A stretch of 63,673 nucleotides of DNA, the filler included, from Octopus bimaculoides (lineage: Eukaryota): NCBI RefSeq assembly GCF_001194135.2. It is 9 parts of 9 records of this genome, joined end to end, with 100 filler letters (N's around TTAATTAATTAA, not from the genome) between each part and the next. Parts side by side here need not be neighbours in the genome. Positions count along the whole stretch, not along the records: positions 1 to 7,930 come from NC_069004.1; positions 8,031 to 11,468 come from NW_026415740.1; 7 more parts are not named here. One strand, written 5' to 3'. Positions 1 through 11,568 of this stretch are shown one piece after another (position 1 is the first letter of the stretch; each line of letters begins with the position of its first letter). A model generated the notes under the pieces. The model searched no databases. It saw only the letters and a list, made by a program, of their open reading frames with translations, and was not told the DNA's origin. The translations under genes were made by a program, and so were the position numbers.

Positions 1-149
1 CACACAATTTGTATCGTGGTATTCCCTTTTGAATATTAGGGCTTTTACGGACAAAGCATCTGACTTCCTCCAACCGCACCAGCAGCCATCTTTATCAAAT
101 TTCGAAGCATGACGTATTCACACACACGCGTTAATTTTTTTCTGCTCTT

Positions 150-290
150 TGTGTTCTGAGTATAAATCTCGGCTTTGCCTTTCATCTTACCGGGTTGATA
201 AAATCGAGACTAGACAAGTGATGAACGAGACTAATGATATCGGCTGTTTCTCTCCTTTCAAAATAGTTGGCTTTGTGGGTATCTATGTAC
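150..290 (+). mobile_element. Degenerate SINE fragment (family E, cf. 41849-42063)
   Basis: ggctttgcctttcatcttaccgggttgataaaat aligns by eye to gactttgcctttttccatttcggaattgataaatt in the 41849 copy. Confidence 0.4.
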
Positions 291-1149
291 CCAGTTATGA
301 GAATCTGTGTGTGAGCGTACGAGAATATTTCTTAGAAATATTTTGAGCATACAAAGTTTTTTCTAAAATATTTAATCAAAAGAGTAGCGGTGGAAGAGAG
401 CGGGTAGAGAGAAAGAATATAATGGGGTGGGGAAGAAGAAGTCTACAAGAAAAAAATCATTCTCTTCTATGTTTGGAGACATATGATCACAAATGACTCA
501 AATATGTTGAGGAAAAATATGTAATAAATACTATTAAAATCTTAGTCAACTACATCTAACTTTACTCAAAACTTCGTCTCATTCTACTTAATTGAACTTA
601 ACCAACTGGCCTCAATAATTATAATTTCATTGAACGTAAATCTTGATCTAGATCGTAATTGTTTCATCACAGATATTGTACATCAGTGTACAACATATTA
701 TTAAACTAATGTGTGGTTTACCGTGGTGTTATCTTTAATAATTTTAAATTCCATTCCTAGCAGCATACAAGCTCTTTTCGAAACTCTTAAATACTAAAAT
801 GCTTCTTTGCTTTCGACTTATCTCTTGGATTCGAAAACTAAGCACGCACATACAATATTAATGGAAATAGAACTGTGTGTCTAATACAATATTATACTCT
901 GAGAATAAAAGACCGCGTAATCTATGCATTACGGAAAACTATTAATATTTTTTATTCTGCTTAATTACCAGATGCTCTAAATGTAAATCTTTGAAAGATT
1001 TTAGACATTCTAAACTCAACACTTAATCCAGCAGGTAATCGACTAAACTGTAAGATGATAAAACTGAATACACTTATTTTGTCTTTAACACTGAATTATT
1101 TTCATTTTGTGAATTACTGCAATCACTTCCATCATGTGTTTGTACGCGT

Positions 1150-1830
1150 GCATTTCTATTCAGATCACATTAGAAACAACAGTGGTCTTCGCATACGTCA
1201 CTTCGGCATTTACTTACAAAACCAAGTGCCTCAGTTATTATTGGTAGAAATGTAAGTCTGTAATCCGGATGTGGAAGCTTGAAGTTTCGAAGCAGTTGTC
1301 CTAAGTTATCTTCTTCCTGTTTGATTTTCAAAGAGACATTCACATCGTCAGGACAGCTGAGTTCTATGACGATACACATTTTTCTTGTTCTTCCCAAACA
1401 ATGATATTCGATCTGCTCTGTTTATGTTTGGTAAAAGTTTTGACGGGAATGTTTTTTTCCGATATCCCTTGTCTTGGCCTTTACGTATGTATTAAATAAA
1501 ATGGCAGGGTTTCGATATTTATCCCATCTTTTTACTGAATGGTATTGTATATTTTTAGCGAATACGTGGTGTCTCAGTGGGGATTGTACATTGATATTTT
1601 TTGAGTAGCTGCTGAACAGGTGGGATATCTTCCACAGAAATAGGTTATCGACATTTTCGGTTGCATCTTGGGGCGCCAATGCCTTTACCAGAAAAACACC
1701 TTATAAACAAAAGAGACAGTAATCTCTTGGATTACAAACGCATTGTCTTTGATGCGTGATATGATATAGCGCCTACGACTCGAAGAATGGCGGTACTTAA
1801 GGTCCATTTTAGTGTTATCTTCAAGAATGA
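1150..1830 (-). mobile_element. 3' fragment of RLE-type non-LTR retrotransposon (CCHC + restriction-like endonuclease), degenerate
   Basis: Minus-strand frames give AFVIQE, RCNRKCR, SHLFSSYSK..PLRHHVFAKNI, IVIELSCPDDVNVSLK, FLPIITEALGFVSKC with stops/frameshifts; same family as 9697-10006. Confidence 0.75.
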
Positions 1831-2617
1831 ATGAATGTGTATATTTATGTATGCATGTGTGTGTGCATGGAACTGGTATAAAATTTCTACTAACAGGGAA
1901 GGTCGCTGATAGCATAAAAATATGTTTGGTGGAGGAGGAGGATAAAGTAAAGTAACGAGGCATGTCTGCAGCAGGGAAGGTGATGGAGGTGAGATGTAGA
2001 AACTGACAGCGTCTTTTTTACTCTTAGAAATCGCTACTTGCAGGATGGGTTGCTGGCAGCAGCAACAACAGCAGCGGTGTTAGGAGGGAAGAAGGGAAAA
2101 TGAAATGCACTGAGGCATATCTAAGGCTGGTGAAGTAGTAGTGGGTGGGAAAGGAAGGAGCGTTTACTACGAAACAATAAGCAGTACTAAACTCAAATAA
2201 AAAAAAAAACAATGCCAAACTGCAATGTCACAAAATACGTTAAACAGTGAGCTCGCTGCAGCTTTTGGTATTAGCTGCTCATTTCAACGCACTACAGTGC
2301 AAAAATTCTTGCTTTCCTAGAATTGCATATGTCGATTTTGATATCATGTACTTGTTTGCCTGGGACGATTATGAAAATTGATTCGTTTTATATATGTATA
2401 TACACATACACACACACCTAGTGAAAACATACGGTAAATTTTTTACTGTAAAGCTTTTACATGAATTTCTGTTGTATTTTTATATACATATACACACATA
2501 CATATATACACACATACATATATACACACATACATATGTATGTATATACATACACATGTATATACACACATATATATATACACACATATACACACACACT
2601 CACACACTCGCACACAC

Positions 2618-3376
2618 ACGAGGGAGTAATGAACAGTTCCTGGCTTTAAGGATGTCACGAAAGGCCCGGTTGGAAGCCCAACACTTCCCAGTTCTTTTAC
2701 AGGGCTTAGAAAAACTGAAGGACTGCTGCAATAAATGTGCTAATCTGAGAGGGAAGTATGTGTAATAATAAACGCGAAATTCTGTCTATCCGGGATCCCT
2801 TTGTCAGTCTACATTTGCTCTATATAAACATAGAATTCCTTTTTGGAATCAGGATGATCCTGGGATTGAAAATTCGCCCTTTATTTGGTTCGTGAACATC
2901 CAGTTTTGAGATCTGATTTAAAAGCATTTGGATTGCTATTTCTAGAAGGTAAAGCTTAGCTGATTCATGCCATTTTGGTTGGCGTTTGTCAGATGATGTC
3001 AGAGATCAGGGGGTGGGGATAAATGACATTCACTTCGTTAACTTTACGCCGAGATAAGAACTTTGGGATAAATTGGCCAACAGTTGGAATTTAACTTGGG
3101 ACTGGAACAATACAATGATTGCATTACAGAATTAATTCTCATCTGTCCTTAACCTCGGATCGAACACGACCAGGGTATATAGTCATTATAGACGTATCAT
3201 AGTCACGCTATTTGGCTCTATTAAGTTCTGTGCCGAGGCTCAATTAGCTCTCCGCAGGAGCTAGGCTAAAAGTCAGCATGGGGTGCAACCTTTAAGCTAG
3301 TGTTGAATACAATCATAATTAACTGATCCTCCTGTATTTACTTTCACCTAAAGCCAGGAACTTTTCGGCACCCCCT

Positions 3377-3379
<3 letters not shown>
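2618..3379 (+). mobile_element. Mariner-derived MITE split by an internal insertion (parts 2618-2758 and 3301-3379)
   Basis: Inverted ends acgagggagtaatgaacagttcctggcttta / taaagccaggaacttttcggcaccccctc; left part encodes LQGLEKLKDCCNKCANLRGKYV, like a mariner transposase C-terminus. Confidence 0.7.
2759..3300. mobile_element. Unclassified ~540-bp insertion inside the mariner MITE
   Basis: Removing it rejoins gggaagta|tgttgaata; ends in CTAG followed by T. Confidence 0.4.
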
Positions 3380-3415
<36 letters not shown>

Positions 3416-3866
3416 CTCCTAATCGATTTTTGATAATTTGTGAATATAAAGTTGTTTTGATCGATTAGAGTGTTTATTCATTATATCTTTCAATTTATTT
3501 CTCCTTTCACCTCGGTGTCACCTGAGCACTTCCAGCTGCAGTCCTATCTTTATTTTTGCTCTTCGGTTTAACGAAATTCGCTTTCGGTTTAACGAAGTTA
3601 TAAAATTATCCTCATATATNNNNNNNNNNNNNNNNNNNNNNNNNNNNNNNNNNNNNNNNNNNNNNNNNNNNNNNNNNNNNNNNNNNNNNNNNNNNNNNNN
3701 NNNNNNNNNNNNNNNNNNNNNNNNNNNNNNNNNNNNNNNNNNNNNNNNNNNNNNNNNNNNNNNNNNNNNNNNNNNNNNNNNNNNNNNNNNNNNNNNNNNN
3801 NNNNNNNNNNNNNNNNNNNNNNNNNNNNNNNNNNTTTTTTTTGTGTTCTTCGTTTTGGGGATTTAC

Positions 3867-3962
<96 letters not shown>

Positions 3963-4569
3963 GGTATGCGCGTCTAATACAGCACAATACTTTCCCCCTT
4001 GTGCTGAATTAACTCGCGTATAGCAGATTTGCAAAAAGAAGACAATCCGTCCCAAATCACTACAATAGAATACCAGGCGCCAGATACGAAGATTGCTGAG
4101 TATAATCCCAAATATCAAATGTAAACTGTAAAGTGCAAATAACTAGATATAAAGTTCAGGCCATGCACAGAAGTTCAAAATAGCAAAAATCCCAATACAA
4201 AAATAATCCAGAAAATATAATTATAGAAAAAGATTGGCGTAATGATAACACGAGATACATTCGTATTTTAACACAACATAAATACATCGAAATACGTGCA
4301 CGTGCGGATGGATATACATTTTTGTGTGTGACGCGTTTGTGCGAGTGTACACATGACACACATTCAAAATGTTTTACCCGTTTCTAAATCTAAGGGTACC
4401 AACTTGATATATAGACTAAAGCCACCACATATTCCCTCAGATCACAAAGTGCCATTTTTAAAACAGAAGGATACTGTATTCCTCGATACAGCCAAGACGA
4501 ACGGGTGTTCACGTTTGGAATGCCTTAGATTATAAGTCTATTCAATTAATGTTCATTTGGTGACTAAAC

Positions 4570-4745
4570 CAGCCGTTCTCAACCACGGCTTCCGGGGCCG
4601 CATGAGACCCTCAACGGTTTTCCCTCTAGAAATATAAAATTCTCTTTGACTTGCGTTTTCTTTTTGTTTTTTTTTTCCTGTGGCCTCCTAAAACAAATCC
4701 AGGTTTTGGATCTGGCCCGGATATCAAAAAAGTTGAAAACCACTG
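4570..4745. mobile_element. hAT-type MITE
   Basis: TIRs cagccgttctcaacc / aagttgaaaaccactg; 8-bp TSD gactaaac (4562-4569) / aactaaac (4746-4753), 7 of 8 identical. Confidence 0.75.
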
Positions 4746-5879
4746 AACTAAACAATAAGGTGTCATATCCTTGGACTATTGTCTTATGTGATAGTGTTTT
4801 TTTCAGAATAGGGGAATAAATTATTGTATCGTAGAGTAGTGTGGTGTAAAACGTTATAGTATTGTATTATGTATGTGGTGTAGTGGGGTGAAATATTGTA
4901 TAAAGTTGTAGCTATTGAGAGGACATTCAGGAATCTCCATTTGTAAATAACTGATTGGTGCGAAATATTACTCCAGCCAAACAGAATTAAAATTTAGAAA
5001 TTTAAGCTTAAATGGTTATATTTCACTGCTGTAGGTAGCTGAAAGCTCAAATCGAAATGTAGCAGATGAAGGTAATCCTATTAAGTACGAAATTTATCAA
5101 ACTTGCTTCAGCCAAAAGGGCCTATGGAGGCCTTTGTCAGGGAAGGCTCGAGAAAAGTGTTCCCTTGTAAGTCCAACTCTTCAGAAGTACAGAAGTACAT
5201 TATTTTGTCAGAAACTCGATTGTTACGTCGCGTTGCTCCAGTCACGTTGAATTTACATTTCTAAATATAAAATAAAATGCCCCCGTTTCGCCGATGCAGT
5301 GCCAGGCTTGTCGTGACACGTCAACGTATGCCATATCACCACAGTACTTCACGTAGTATATGAAGGCATCTCGCAATGTGTCACGATAACCTATAACTGA
5401 CACAACAGCTGGAAATGTTGATGGGGTGGTGGTGGTGGTGGTGGTGGTGGTGAGTTCGTTGTTTGCTAGTTGTTTTCTAGACACCAATCTAGCTGTAAGT
5501 GCGCCTGCATCAAATGACATGACCTAAATCAACTATCTACAGTTGCTTCTAACAGTTTTACAAACTTATTATTAACAGTACCGGAAAACATTTCCTGATC
5601 AATAAACATCTGATCATTTCACTCCATAGTTCTCCATTCACAACAGGGCAGAAGACTGTACTGTACATTGTGGATGGAAGACATGATGAGTGAGACACAT
5701 CAAACGTCTTAATAACATAAGTGAAATAGATTAATGAATTGTATCATATCAGTCTCAAGATTAATGAATTACATCAATACAGTATATCGGTCTTTAGGCA
5801 TTGGAATATAATGTATTGCAGTATAGTATGAGCTATTAAGTTGTGTAGTGTACGTTGTTGCTTGTACTGTAGTTTAACC

Positions 5880-6030
5880 CTAAGGCGCCCTGATCAAATA
5901 GACCAATGATCAAATAAGTTCCAACCGCGACCACACGTCTTCTTGAGAGTATATGGAAGTACAGTAATATATACCTATGTGCATTCTAAAGAAGGTGCAG
6001 CGGGATTTCGAAGATACTTATTTCTTGCAG
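5880..6030 (+). repeat. Old interspersed repeat (family F)
   Basis: ctgatcaaatagaccaatgatc..ttccaaccgcgacc resembles 21895-21960; a core like gatttggctgctatttc recurs near 9590-9612, 19655-19690, 32072, 32167, 48787 and 63553. Confidence 0.35.
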
Positions 6031-6265
6031 TTGGATTGAAAACATGTTGGCTCCAGTTTATAAATTTTGTACTCTAAGATTTACAAACAGGAGAAAACCA
6101 TGGTGAACCAAGTTTGTTGGATTGTTTCAAGCCGTCCGTGAGTTAGCTGCCCTCAACACCAACTTTTAATGAAAAGAAACGTCCGAAACCCTCCAAATTN
6201 NNNNNNNNNNNNNNNNNNNNNNNNNNNNNNNNNNNNNNNNNNNNNNNNNNNNNNNNNNNNNNNNN

Positions 6266-6430
6266 ATAGAACATAAAGTTGGCACTTTTCTTCGAAACGG
6301 TAATGATGGTTCACCAGGCAGAATTATTTCATTTTCTGTTGAAAGAAACCTTTTGTTGCTGTTCAAAGCCGAATAATGGTATGCAGATGGAACTTTGAAG
6401 ATAACAGCTTCAGGAATGGTGGCATTTTGA
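6266..6430 (+). pseudogene. MULE (Mutator-like) transposase relic
   Basis: Frame from 6284: TFLRNGNDGSPGRIISFSVERNLLLLFKAE*WYADGTLK, matching the RILIF..NL..L...W..DGTF motif around the first catalytic Asp; one in-frame stop. Confidence 0.55.
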
Positions 6431-6694
6431 CTTTTTGTCTATACTGTAATAGGCAGAAAGACCAGGGTCAGATTTAAACCTTGAGCGAAGAGGGGGAAGG
6501 GTTCATTTCAGTTTTGGTGAGACTTTTATACGCTAAACTTAAAATGCACAACTAAATTTTTGTCGTTTCCCCCCTAGTTTGTTCCCCCTTTCGCTGGTGA
6601 ACAACTGTGAAACGTTTCAGTTTTCTCAATGTCTTTTTAAAGGTCCAAATAAATCATGTTGATTTGACTTTACTACAACTATACGAAGAAAAAT

Positions 6695-7078
6695 GTTGTT
6701 GTTGGTACTCCGTCGCTTACGACGTCGAGGGTTCCAGTTGATCCGATCAACGGAACAGCCTGCTCGTGAAATTAACGTGCAAGTGGCTGAGCACTCCACA
6801 GACACGTGTACCCTTAACGTAGTTCTCGGGGATATTCAGCGTGACACAGTGTGACAAGGCTGACCCTTTGAATTACAGGCACAACAGAAGCAGGAATTAA
6901 GAGTGAGAGAAAGTTGTGGTGGAAGAGTACAGCAGGGTTCGCCACCATCCCCTGCCGGAGCCTCGTGAAGCTTTAGGTGTTTTCGCTCAATAAACACTCA
7001 CAACGCCCGGTCTGGGAATCGAAACCGCGATCCTATGACCGTGAGTCCGCTGCCCTAACCACTGGGCCATTGCGCCTC
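6695..7078 (-). mobile_element. tRNA-derived SINE, family A, full length
   Basis: A box TGGCCCAGTGG, B-box-like GGTTTCGATTCC, (AAC)n tail, imperfect TSD tacgaagaaaaat / tacgcaaagaaaaat; near-identical copy at 17143-17532. Confidence 0.9.
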
Positions 7079-7851
7079 TACGCAAAGAAAAATACCCGTA
7101 AATATTAACCCTCTCAGCAAGGATTGAATAATGAATATATTATTTCCTAGCAATTAAAAAAAATAAACTTTAATATTTTCTGTGCAACACAATGAATTTG
7201 CCGATGATGTATTCGCTTGTCATTGTAATTAACATGCGGCGAAATGATTGGGCCATGTTTAATTAACTTTGACGTACTTAGCCGACGGTAAAATGATTGA
7301 GCGGCGATATATTTAGCACACTATTTATTACATTTGGGGAATTTAACGTGATCAAATTTCAGAAGTCCCAACTGCAAGTAATCACTCGAAGAAAGGCCAG
7401 GTGTCTTCATCACGCATGTAAATCTATTGATTAATTCCGCTGCAACAACTGTTTCTCACCGAAACTGTTATTCCACTTGTAGACATAAACAAATTGTAAC
7501 AGGCTCTCTGTGAAATCTATTCTGATATTAGACATTGTTCTCGTGGTTAATGTGAAACACATACACACCTATATATAATCATGCTGAGATGGTGGTGGAG
7601 GGGAGACTAGAACAGTAGCTGCCTATACACACACACACATATATATAATAATATTAGGGACAAAATCCAAAATTACAGGTAAAAACTCAATTAAAATCAA
7701 TTTATAAAAAATTAAAATTAAATTGAGCTTTATAGATAATATATATAGTTTTAGGGAAAATAACCAAGTTTCAAGAACTCATCGATGAAAATCCACTATC
7801 ACATATAGAAAAATTAATAATTAAAAGCTCAATAAATGAGTATAATATAAA

Positions 7852-7930
7852 GTAAAGTAAATATCATAAGATAAATATAATAAATAATAATAATAATAAT
7901 AATATATTTATCTTATGATATTTACTTTAC
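7852..7930. repeat. Perfect 28-bp inverted repeat with 23-nt AAT-rich loop
   Basis: 7852-7879 gtaaagtaaatatcataagataaatata is the exact reverse complement of 7903-7930; ends at the spacer. Confidence 0.85.
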
Positions 7931-8030
7931 NNNNNNNNNNNNNNNNNNNNNNNNNNNNNNNNNNNNNNNNNNNNTTAATTAATTAANNNNNNNNNNNNNN
8001 NNNNNNNNNNNNNNNNNNNNNNNNNNNNNN
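7931..8030. other. Artificial 100-bp scaffold spacer
   Basis: 44 N + TTAATTAATTAA (7975-7986) + 44 N. Confidence 0.95.
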
Positions 8031-8063
<33 letters not shown>

Positions 8064-8079
8064 TATACATATATATAGC

Positions 8080-8113
<34 letters not shown>

Positions 8114-8490
8114 GCATAGAAATGTATTTATATATATATAAAATTGGAAAGCAATTCAATACATACATACATACGTACATAAGTACATGTGCGTACACAG
8201 ACACATGTACGATGTAGATATGTGTATAGTCAAATCGAAAGTTAACATGTGGTAGATATTACCTACTATTTTTCATCTGGTGTAGTGTCTCAACCAAATG
8301 CATGTGTAAAATCATAGCCCCTACAACCTACACAGCCTTTGTGCCCTTCATGTGAATAACACTAAATGTTTGGCTTCAATGAACACGCACGCGCACACAG
8401 ACACACACACACACACACATACAAATGTACATATAGACAATACATGCATGCTTATTTGCTTGCATGTATATATATATATATGTATGCATG

Positions 8491-8523
<33 letters not shown>

Positions 8524-9465
8524 NNNNNNNNNNNNNNNNNNNNNNNNNNNNNNNNNNNNNNNNNNNNNNNNNNNNNNNNNNNNNNNNNNNNNNNNNNNNN
8601 NNNNNNNNNNNNNNNNNNNNNNNNNNNNNNNNNNNNNNNNNNNNNNNNNNNNNNNNNNNNNNNNNNNNNNNNNNNNNNNNNNNNNNNNNNNNNNNNNNNN
8701 NNNNNNNNNNNNNNNNNNNNNNNNNNNNNNNNNNNNNNNNNNNNNNNNNNNNNNNNNNNNNNNNNNNNNNNNNNNNNNNNNNNNNNNNNNNNNNNNNNNN
8801 NNNNNNNNNNNNNNNNNNNNNNNNNNNNNNNNNNNNNNNNNNNNNNNNNNNNNNNNNNNNNNNNNNNNNNNNNNNNNNNNNNNNNNNNNNNNNNNNNNNN
8901 NNNNNNNNNNNNNNNNNNNNNNNNNNNNNNNNNNNNNNNNNNNNNNNNNNNNNNNNNNNNNNNNNNNNNNNNNNNNNNNNNNNNNNNNNNNNNNNNNNNN
9001 NNNNNNNNNNNNNNNNNNNNNNNNNNNNNNNNNNNNNNNNNNNNNNNNNNNNNNNNNNNNNNNNNNNNNNNNNNNNNNNNNNNNNNNNNNNNNNNNNNNN
9101 NNNNNNNNNNNNNNNNNNNNNNNNNNNNNNNNNNNNNNNNNNNNNNNNNNNNNNNNNNNNNNNNNNNNNNNNNNNNNNNNNNNNNNNNNNNNNNNNNNNN
9201 NNNNNNNNNNNNNNNNNNNNNNNNNNNNNNNNNNNNNNNNNNNNNNNNNNNNNNNNNNNNNNNNNNNNNNNNNNNNNNNNNNNNNNNNNNNNNNNNNNNN
9301 NNNNNNNNNNNNNNNNNNNNNNNNNNNNNNNNNNNNNNNNNNNNNNNNNNNNNNNNNNNNNNNNNNNNNNNNNNNNNATATATACATACATACACATAAA
9401 TATATATAATTAAATGCATTGACAACATTCCATGCATATCTATACATATAACTCATACGGATATA

Positions 9466-9467
<2 letters not shown>

Positions 9468-9522
<55 letters not shown>

Positions 9523-9547
9523 GTCTATCTGTCTATCTATCTATCTA
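9468..9547. repeat. (TCTA)n microsatellite
   Basis: Direct reading. Confidence 0.95.
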
Positions 9548-9696
9548 TACGAGCCAATGAGGTTTACGTGTACGTGGTCGCTAGTCCTTGTAGAAATAGC
9601 AGCCAGATCACCCTCGATCACACCCTATGTATGTATGTATGTATGTATTATGTACGTATGTATTATGTATGTATGTATGTATGTATGTAGGTATGC

Positions 9697-10006
9697 ATAC
9701 GTTCAGATTCGTATGTTCCGTTTTATCTACGTCTTCTCATGCATATACTTGTACATCTAGACATACTCACATAGATTTAAATGATAAACTTCTGGAAAAT
9801 TTAACCGAATTTTACCGTTCCAGAGATGGATTGGATCTGTATTCTTCGACTTAAGTTTTTCTTTTCTTGTTTTGAGAAGCCTAATTTATCAACATTGGTA
9901 TTCAGGCAGCGTGTTACATATCCCAGGGCCCCAATAATTACAGGTATAAACCTGAATTTGTAATCTGGATAGAGTAACAGCAGATTTCCCAATAGTTCAG
10001 CGAAGC
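9697..10006 (-). mobile_element. 5'-truncated RLE-type retrotransposon 3' end
   Basis: Minus ORF GNLLLLYPDYKFRFIPVIIGALGYVTRCLNTNVDKLGF..IQIQSISGTVK plus ~100-bp 3' UTR; (TATG)n on both sides. Confidence 0.75.
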
Positions 10007-11468
10007 ATGTATGTATGTATGTATGTATGTAAGTGCGAAGGAGGGTGACCTATATATTATAGATAGTCCTTAAAACTACCGCCTGTAACGAAGTCTTGCA
10101 TATCATTAATACAATAGTATTTATCTGCTTGATCAGAATTCCCCTACAAGACCTACAAAACAAAAGAACAACAAAAAAAAAACACAAAACAAAACAGAAA
10201 ACGCTCAAATTATGCCATCTTGCCAATGATTGATTATATATATATATATCTATATATATATATATANNNNNNNNNNNNNNNNNNNNNNNNNNNNNNNNNN
10301 NNNNNNNNNNNNNNNNNNNNNNNNNNNNNNNNNNNNNNNNNNNNNNNNNNNNNNNNNNNNNNNNNNNNNNNNNNNNNNNNNNNNNNNNNNNNNNNNNNNN
10401 NNNNNNNNNNNNNNNNNNNNNNNNNNNNNNNNNNNNNNNNNNNNNNNNNNNNNNNNNNNNNNNNNNNNNNNNNNNNNNNNNNNNNNNNNNNNNNNNNNNN
10501 NNNNNNNNNNNNNNNNNNNNNNNNNNNNNNNNNNNNNNNNNNNNNNNNNNNNNNNNNNNNNNNNNNNNNNNNNNNNNNNNNNNNNNNNNNNNNNNNNNNN
10601 NNNNNNNNNNNNNNNNNNNNNNNNNNNNNNNNNNNNNNNNNNNNNNNNNNNNNNNNNNNNNNNNNNNNNNNNNNNNNNNNNNNNNNNNNNNNNNNNNNNN
10701 NNNNNNNNNNNNNNNNNNNNNNNNNNNNNNNNNNNNNNNNNNNNNNNNNNNNNNNNNNNNNNNNNNNNNNNNNNNNNNNNNNNNNNNNNNNNNNNNNNNN
10801 NNNNNNNNNNNNNNNNNNNNNNNNNNNNNNNNNNNNNNNNNNNNNNNNNNNNNNNNNNNNNNNNNNNNNNNNNNNNNNNNNNNNNNNNNNNNNNNNNNNN
10901 NNNNNNNNNNNNNNNNNNNNNNNNNNNNNNNNNNNNNNNNNNNNNNNNNNNNNNNNNNNNNNNNNNNNNNNNNNNNNNNNNNNNNNNNNNNNNNNNNNNN
11001 NNNNNNNNNNNNNNNNNNNNNNNNNNNNNNNNNNNNNNNNNNNNNNNNNNNNNNNNNNNNNNNNNNNNNNNNNNNTATATATATATATATATATTTGTGT
11101 GTGTGTGTGTGTATGTATATACGCGCACACACGCACACATGTAAATCATTTAGACAGAAAACATGTCACTGAAAGTTATTTGAAGTGTAGAAATATCTTG
11201 TGAGCAGATTTTAGTTGACTTGTAATCGTATTGCATAATGGTGGCCATCTTTCTAGTTAGAATTTATAATCTGCAAGAACGAGATATTTGCGTGCAGTTT
11301 TAACGTATTACTTCGAGTCGGAACATGTCTACTAACAAAGTAACTAATTAATTAACTATATACATACATACATACATACATACATACATACATACATACA
11401 TACACAGACACACAGACGCACACACAGACACACACACACATATATATGTATATATATATATATATATA

Positions 11469-11568
11469 NNNNNNNNNNNNNNNNNNNNNNNNNNNNNNNN
11501 NNNNNNNNNNNNTTAATTAATTAANNNNNNNNNNNNNNNNNNNNNNNNNNNNNNNNNNNNNNNNNNNN
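11469..11568. other. Artificial 100-bp scaffold spacer
   Basis: 44 N + TTAATTAATTAA + 44 N. Confidence 0.95.

Noticed and set aside
6990-7078. tRNA gene at this and other SINE heads
   Set aside because: A/B boxes continue into SINE bodies with tails and TSDs; no full cloverleaf seen
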